DNA of 36,977 bases from a virus. Where the stretch lies: positions 1-36,977 of IMG/VR virus record IMGVR_UViG_3300023240_000005; one strand, 5' to 3'. Position 1 is the stretch's first letter, and each line of letters begins with the position of its first letter. The notes under the pieces were generated by a model. That model saw nothing but the letters and a program-made list of their open reading frames with translations, made no database searches and was not told where the DNA came from. Shown piece after piece: positions 32,142-36,977 of the stretch. Made by a program: the position numbers and the translations under genes.

Positions 32142-32629
32142 TGTCTATCTTCGACACTCCAAAGTTTGACCCGCTGGGGCCAGCCACCCAGGTCGGGGCG
32201 ACAAACCTGAATCAGATGTCCAAGGCGATTGAGTCTCGGACCATCCGAGCGGGCTTTGGGACGCTCTCGGAGCAATCATCCTCGGGAACAACTGTGTCGA
32301 TCAAAAAGACGCGGCAGCCTCCTTCGGGGAGCGTTTACACCGACAACCTTGACCACTTCTTTATTCAGTTTTACGAGGGGAGCGGGGGCATCTGGGACCC
32401 CGGCTCGGCCTACGTCATCTGCTATCGTCGAGGGCTCTACAAGGCGTTGCTGACCGCAGTCATCAGCGGGGATAGGCTGTCGGTTGGGATTGACGACACA
32501 AATGACGATTGGCCTCCCGTGGGAGATTTGACCGCCTCAACCGTCCTGATCGGCGGAACTTCTACTTTGTACGCCGGAGCCGGGAAATTCTTGAAATGCG
32601 CGACCGCAACTTGGCATCTGTCCGTTTAG
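32141..32629 (+). CDS. Tail-associated hypothetical protein
   Basis: Internal ATG with a TAATG overlap to the upstream stop; 162 aa. Confidence 0.4.
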   Translation: MSIFDTPKFDPLGPATQVGATNLNQMSKAIESRTIRAGFGTLSEQSSSGTTVSIKKTRQPPSGSVYTDNLDHFFIQFYEGSGGIWDPGSAYVICYRRGLYKALLTAVISGDRLSVGIDDTNDDWPPVGDLTASTVLIGGTSTLYAGAGKFLKCATATWHLSV

Positions 32630-32678
32630 CCTCCCCGAATCGAATTGACTATCACACCAACCTAACAATAATACAGCA

Positions 32679-33092
32679 ATGCTTTTCTACGACATCGGGC
32701 AATCCGCTTGGGTCCGTCAGACTGGAAGCTCGGAGCCTCCTTGGATGGTTCCGGTCCTGACAGTTGGGGCAACTCATGCAATCTCAGTTACGTTCGCGGA
32801 CGGCGAGGATGTCCTGAATTACGGAGGGTCAACTTGGTTCTTGGGGATCAAGTCTAATCTGGACTTTGCGGGGGATTACGTGGCTTCCAATTCCGCCCCG
32901 ACCGAGGACGGGGAAAGCGCCATCACGTTCGTTCTCGATTTGGACACGGCGGCGGCGAAAGCATATTTTACCGCGAACCCCACTGAGCCAACCTTGTCTT
33001 GCGAGATGCAAATTGTTTGGACAGACGACGTTAAGCGGGTGACTGCCCCGCTCAAGATCGTGCTGCAAAATACCTACCTGAAGGACCAATGA
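32679..33092 (+). CDS. Tail-associated hypothetical protein
   Basis: ORF of 137 aa. Confidence 0.4.
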   Translation: MLFYDIGQSAWVRQTGSSEPPWMVPVLTVGATHAISVTFADGEDVLNYGGSTWFLGIKSNLDFAGDYVASNSAPTEDGESAITFVLDLDTAAAKAYFTANPTEPTLSCEMQIVWTDDVKRVTAPLKIVLQNTYLKDQ

Positions 33093-33424
33093 CCCCAGGC
33101 GAATACAAATACGGCGATCAGGTCAACTACTCGGATTTGGATAGTGTGCGATTCCAGATCTACGTAAACGATCTCGCGCCCGCGTCTTCTTTGTCGAGCG
33201 TGGCCGCATCATTTTCTCGGAATGGGGGCGTCACCTTGGCGCTTCCCTGCACCGTCATAGATGCGGGAGATGCGATCTTCGACGTTGACGCGGTAGCCGC
33301 TGCTGACTTCACGCTAGACCACGGGGCGCACGACTTCACGGCGACATGCACCTTTGCGGATGGGTCGGTTGAAACCTACGTCCACATGAAAAACTCTGTC
33401 AACATCATCCAGAATCCACAATGA
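33089..33424 (+). CDS. Tail-associated hypothetical protein
   Basis: ORF of 111 aa, ATGA-coupled at both ends. Confidence 0.4.
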   Translation: MTPGEYKYGDQVNYSDLDSVRFQIYVNDLAPASSLSSVAASFSRNGGVTLALPCTVIDAGDAIFDVDAVAAADFTLDHGAHDFTATCTFADGSVETYVHMKNSVNIIQNPQ

Positions 33425-34356
33425 GCGTTAAAGTAAAAGTCGAGGTGACGCCAACGGTCAACAAGATCAAGGTGGAGACCAGCCCAATCGGCGCGACAGG
33501 CGCGGCAGGTCCGAACACGGTCAGCGCGTCAACGACCACGGCGTTCACGAAGTTCCTGAAAGGCGACGGGGCGAACGTGGGAGAGGCAGACATTTTGCCA
33601 GCGTGGGAAGCGGAGTTGCTGACGGCGGGGACGGCTGATGTCGGGGGGCATTTGGTGCCGTCCACTGACAACGCGTTTGATCTGGGTTCGGTGACGAAGG
33701 GTTTCGCGGGAGGATTCGTTCATAATTTTAACATCGGGAGGTTGTCGGTGGGGATTTCCGAAGCGGGGGCGTATGGGGGGACGGTCACGATTTATTCGGA
33801 CTTCCCGAATGGTTCGACCATCAGCAGCGCTGCGTCGGGAGCGCGGGGTGTAGTGCTGCCGGATGCATCCACCAAGCTCCCGATATTTGGCTTTCATTGC
33901 ACGTTCGCGGGTCCGACGACGGAGCGCACCTACACGCTGCCGGACGCGGACGCGACCTTGGTGGGGACGGTGGCGACTCAGACGCTGACAAACAAAACTC
34001 TGACGACCCCGACCATAAACGGGCTACTGCACAGCGGCGTGGTGCAGGGGACGCCGGGGGCGTTGACGAGCGGGGCGACGATCACTTGGGCCGTGGGGAC
34101 GGCGGGAAATATGGCGGCGCTGACAATCGGGCACGATGCGTCCTTGTCCGCGCCGACGGGGATCACAGCCGGGAAGGCGGCGACGCTGATTTTGCAGGTC
34201 ACGCAGGACGCGGCGGCGGCAAAGACTCTGGCGCTCGGGGCAGGGATCACGCTGCTCGGCGGCGGGTCGATCAACGCGACCCTGTCCTCGGTGTCGCTGG
34301 TGACGCTGGTGACGATGGACGGAGGTACAACCTATAACGCGACGATTACGAAATGA
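33421..34356 (+). CDS. Tail fibre protein
   Basis: GATGAAGPN collagen-like start, LVPSTDNAFDLGS motif, TQTLTNKTLTTPTINGL, and Gly/Thr/Ala-rich beta repeats. Confidence 0.6.
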   Translation: MSVKVKVEVTPTVNKIKVETSPIGATGAAGPNTVSASTTTAFTKFLKGDGANVGEADILPAWEAELLTAGTADVGGHLVPSTDNAFDLGSVTKGFAGGFVHNFNIGRLSVGISEAGAYGGTVTIYSDFPNGSTISSAASGARGVVLPDASTKLPIFGFHCTFAGPTTERTYTLPDADATLVGTVATQTLTNKTLTTPTINGLLHSGVVQGTPGALTSGATITWAVGTAGNMAALTIGHDASLSAPTGITAGKAATLILQVTQDAAAAKTLALGAGITLLGGGSINATLSSVSLVTLVTMDGGTTYNATITK

Positions 34357-35021
34357 GCCTGATTGTGCCAGTCGGGTTTATGGCGGGGCCGCTTTACGGG
34401 ATGTGGTTTGACGGCACGAATAATACCGTGCTCATGGACGGAACCCCATTTGACTCAAAAACGAAAGGACGAATTACGGCGACGTTCCAGACGGCCAGCT
34501 CGGCGTATCAAAACTTCGTCTCCCTTACGGACAACTCAGACATCAACTCTGACGTATCTGTTGCGCTCGTATTTAGCAGGTTGTTTTTCAACATCCGGGA
34601 GGCAGGCACGCAAATCATCAGGGGGTCCACTGCCGCGACGTTCGCAGACGGGTTAGCTCATGATTTTGACATTGAGGTCACGGCGTCAGGGAACACTATC
34701 AAAGTCGATGGTGTGTTGCAGTCGGTCACTTATACGGACGGAAACGCTTCAACCGTGGCTTGGGCTGCTAACGTAAACAACGTGGACGTTTTATCCGTCG
34801 GGGTACGGCAAGAATCAATCCCCGACGCTTTTGTTACTGGCGTGGTCCGAGACTTAGTAATCTACGACGAGGATGGAACATCAGCTTTAGCCTCATGGGT
34901 CGGTGACGGCCCCGATGACGCAAACTGGACTGACCAGATCGGCAGCAATGACGGCACGGTGGCAGGCAGCCCCTCCCGAGCAGTCAGCTACGATGGCGGC
35001 GCAACGTGGGCCGAGGAATAA
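34353..35021 (+). CDS. LamG/concanavalin-like jelly-roll domain protein (fibre-associated, possible receptor-binding)
   Basis: WFDGTNNTVLMDG...; the C-terminal WTDQIGSNDGTVAGSP resembles the LamG-domain D.SG.GN.GT..G pattern. Confidence 0.45.
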   Translation: MSLIVPVGFMAGPLYGMWFDGTNNTVLMDGTPFDSKTKGRITATFQTASSAYQNFVSLTDNSDINSDVSVALVFSRLFFNIREAGTQIIRGSTAATFADGLAHDFDIEVTASGNTIKVDGVLQSVTYTDGNASTVAWAANVNNVDVLSVGVRQESIPDAFVTGVVRDLVIYDEDGTSALASWVGDGPDDANWTDQIGSNDGTVAGSPSRAVSYDGGATWAEE

Positions 35022-35052
35022 CACCCTAACAAATTACAACCGAAACAAAAAC

Positions 35053-35247
35053 ATGAAAAGCATATTCGCAAGCAAGACAGCCGCCCTCGGATTCCTGACC
35101 ACTCTGGCCGGGGCCATCGGCGCATTCTTCCCATCGGTTAACGAGTGGGTTTCGGCTAACTCCTCTGCTGTCCTGATTGGCATTGGGGTCGCTTCCGTTG
35201 CACTTCGCCTCATCACCAAGGACAAAATCAGCATCTTCCCCGAGTGA
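35053..35247 (+). CDS. Holin-like small membrane protein with two TM segments
   Basis: MKSIFASKTAALGFLTTLAGAIGAFFPSVNEWVSANSSAVLIGIGVASVALRLITKDK, located upstream of the endolysin. Confidence 0.5.
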   Translation: MKSIFASKTAALGFLTTLAGAIGAFFPSVNEWVSANSSAVLIGIGVASVALRLITKDKISIFPE

Positions 35248-35248
35248 G

Positions 35249-35539
35249 ATGTTCTCCGCCCTCGTCTCCCTGCTGTCGGCCCTCGCTGGCTATCTGCGGG
35301 AGCGAGAGCGGAACTATCGACTCCGAACGCTCAATGAACTCTACTCAAACCTTGGGGCCGCTCAAGCTGGCCTTGTCGCTCTGGTGCGCGGGAACACTGA
35401 TCCTGATCGGGCAAGCATCCTGCTCGCCACGGGGAGAGTCCGCAACATCAAGCGCCTACTCGACGAGTATTCCGACGCGGTTCCGAGTGCCAGCGGGGAC
35501 GGTGGTGGAGGCCCCGAAGGGCCAAGTGACCCTCCCTGA
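35249..35539 (+). CDS. Hypothetical lysis-cassette protein with an N-terminal hydrophobic segment
   Basis: MFSALVSLLSALAGYLRERE.... This frame is preferred over the Cys/Ser/Pro/Arg-rich ORF 35244..35603. Confidence 0.35.
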   Translation: MFSALVSLLSALAGYLRERERNYRLRTLNELYSNLGAAQAGLVALVRGNTDPDRASILLATGRVRNIKRLLDEYSDAVPSASGDGGGGPEGPSDPP

Positions 35540-35632
35540 AGACATTGACGCCATGACCATCGAACAACACGCGGCCGAGGTCGCGGCGACAATACTGAAA
35601 TGAGCCCAACAGCCAACCCAACCCCATAGACC

Positions 35633-36256
35633 ATGTCCATCTCCTCCCACCCCGCCTACTCCCACCCGATCTACCTACAGCAAGTCGGGCTTCAAAAGCT
35701 CGGCTTCGATCCGGGCATCCTCGACGGCCAGGACGGCCCCGACACTCGCGGCGCCTTTGCGCAGTCTCTCCCCGGCGCGACAGTGGGCAATCACCTCCCT
35801 TCAACGCTGGTCCGCCTCGCATTACGGGAGATCGGGGTCCGGGAGACGCCTACGAACTCCAACAGCGGGCCGCGAGTTCGGCAATACCAGGCCGCCACCT
35901 GGCTCGACGGCTCCGGCTGGCCCTGGTGCGCCGCCTTCATTTGCTGGCTGTGTCGGGAGGCCGGTATGCCGGAGAGCATCCGCCCCAAGACTGCCGGAGC
36001 CTGGGACTTTGAGAACTGGGCCCGCCAGCACGACGACGTCGCGCAGCTCCTCAAGCCCGGCACCGACAAGATCCTCGCCGGGGACATCCTCGTCCTCAAA
36101 ATCTCCCACATCGGCCTTGCCGCCGCAGGAGAGGACGGATGGTCGGTGAGGACCATCGAGGGCAACACCGACGCCTCCGGCTCCCGCGAGGGCGGGGGAG
36201 TCTATGCCCGCACCCGACGCGTGGCCGGAATCCGCAGCATCATCCGCCTCCACTGA
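35633..36256 (+). CDS. Endolysin: peptidoglycan-binding domain plus CHAP amidase/peptidase domain
   Basis: LQQVGLQKLGFDPGILDGQDGPDTRGAF (PG_binding_1-like). NSGPRVRQYQ...GWPWCAAFICW (catalytic Cys) and ISHIGLAA....TIEGNT (His) fit CHAP. Confidence 0.85.
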   Translation: MSISSHPAYSHPIYLQQVGLQKLGFDPGILDGQDGPDTRGAFAQSLPGATVGNHLPSTLVRLALREIGVRETPTNSNSGPRVRQYQAATWLDGSGWPWCAAFICWLCREAGMPESIRPKTAGAWDFENWARQHDDVAQLLKPGTDKILAGDILVLKISHIGLAAAGEDGWSVRTIEGNTDASGSREGGGVYARTRRVAGIRSIIRLH

Positions 36257-36328
36257 TTACATGCTTTTAATCCTCGCCGCCGCCCACGCGTTGAGACTCA
36301 ACGCCGAAACATTCCACTACGCATAAAA

Positions 36329-36556
36329 ATGGGAGACGAAATCACCACCAGCTTAATCCAAGTATTCGGCTTCGGCGGCGTCCTGATGCTATCAGTCCGC
36401 TACCTCGCGCTCAAATTGTCCGACCAATACGAGAAGCGTATCAACGCCTTGGAGGAGGCTAGCAAGCGGTGCGAGGATGACAGGCTGGTCCTCCGCGATC
36501 AGATGACAACGCTTCTGTTAGACCTGCTTGAGCTAAAAAAAAAGCTGACTAGCTGA
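36329..36556 (+). CDS. N-terminal TM plus coiled-coil protein (spanin- or holin-like)
   Basis: LIQVFGFGGVLMLSVRYLAL followed by a heptad-like charged helix. It is the last gene before the non-coding junction. Confidence 0.4.
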   Translation: MGDEITTSLIQVFGFGGVLMLSVRYLALKLSDQYEKRINALEEASKRCEDDRLVLRDQMTTLLLDLLELKKKLTS

Positions 36557-36949
36557 TGCGGGGATTGTGATTTCTCGGTAGTCCCATTTGCGTAATCCCC
36601 GCCTTTAGGTCCAGCCCCTCGGGGCAGGCTGCGGCTAGGCCGCTTTGCTGATGGTCGGTGGCTTGGGCTATGTCGGCAAAGGTAGGTTCAATGGTGCGAA
36701 GCTATCGACGGCTACACTCCTCGCAGACCGGCTGAGAGGAGTGATCTGTTCAACGTATGCTTCCGCACCGAGGCCATCACACTCACCGACTACGCCAAGG
36801 CTGTGGGTAGGGACGATTGGCATTGCTGCCGCGTCGGTGAATCTCGCACTGATTTCTTCCAGCCTTCATGTGTTCGGGGCTGGACCTTCATCCAAGTGGC
36901 GTCGGGAACCAGTATTAGGGTTGGACGCTTGGGATCTGTTGAGGGCTTC

Positions 36950-36977
36950 CCTCGAACGAAAAAGCCCCAAATCCGAG
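36950..36977. repeat. 28-bp direct terminal repeat, right copy
   Basis: Identical to 1..28. Confidence 0.9.

Noticed and set aside
35244-35603. A 119-aa ORF overlapping the holin end and the 35249..35539 gene.
   Set aside because: Its composition is Cys/Ser/Pro/Arg-rich and it has a non-ATG start. The alternative frame gives a hydrophobic N-terminus plus a helical protein, which is more typical of a lysis cassette. Neither frame is certain.
36557-36977. A tRNA gene or tRNA-derived attP in the terminal non-coding region.
   Set aside because: I could not find a T-loop-like GGTTCRANYCC box or a cloverleaf-compatible arrangement. GGTTCAATGG at about 36696 lacks the complementary arm.

Overview
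The window is a complete tailed-phage genome of about 36.95 kb. The first 28 nt are repeated exactly at the last 28 nt, so the contig closes into a circle. Almost every gene is on the + strand, and many neighbours share ATGA or GTGA stop/start overlaps.

Gene order:
- 281-1642: early small proteins, including a ribbon-helix-helix (RHH) regulator too short for the ORF track.
- 1639-3595: recombination module with an Erf annealing protein, a DUF3127-like OB-fold/SSB-like protein and a RusA-like resolvase.
- 3644-5899: SNF2 helicase fused to an N6/N4 DNA methyltransferase.
- 6125-8224: replication organizer and DnaB.
- 8221-13972: repeat-rich accessory region. It holds a Lar-like zinc-ribbon protein, an Ala/Trp-repeat protein, a perfect 387-bp tandem duplication, xxLR-repeat proteins, and a PAPS-reductase-like gene flanked by 254-bp direct repeats.
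- 14321-16668: terS and a GpA-type terL.
- 16669-19836: a 3.1-kb island. It contains an unusual C/A-only repeat array around a winged-helix gene, and the only minus-strand gene.
- 19837-25863: lambda-like head module in the order W, portal, protease/scaffold, decoration, major capsid. The portal carries a C-terminal topoisomerase-IB-like domain.
- 25917-27410: a GT2 glycosyltransferase.
- 27407-35021: head-tail and tail genes, with a G/GT -1 frameshift at GGGAAAC, a tape measure and fibres.
- 35053-36556: lysis cassette with a holin-like protein and a PG-binding+CHAP endolysin.
- About 700 bp across the circular junction has no ORF of 60 aa or more that I consider coding.

I could not recognise an integrase, a CI-like repressor, a tRNA or a bona fide CRISPR array. 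All functional calls rest on motifs read by eye and recalled family signatures; no searches were run.
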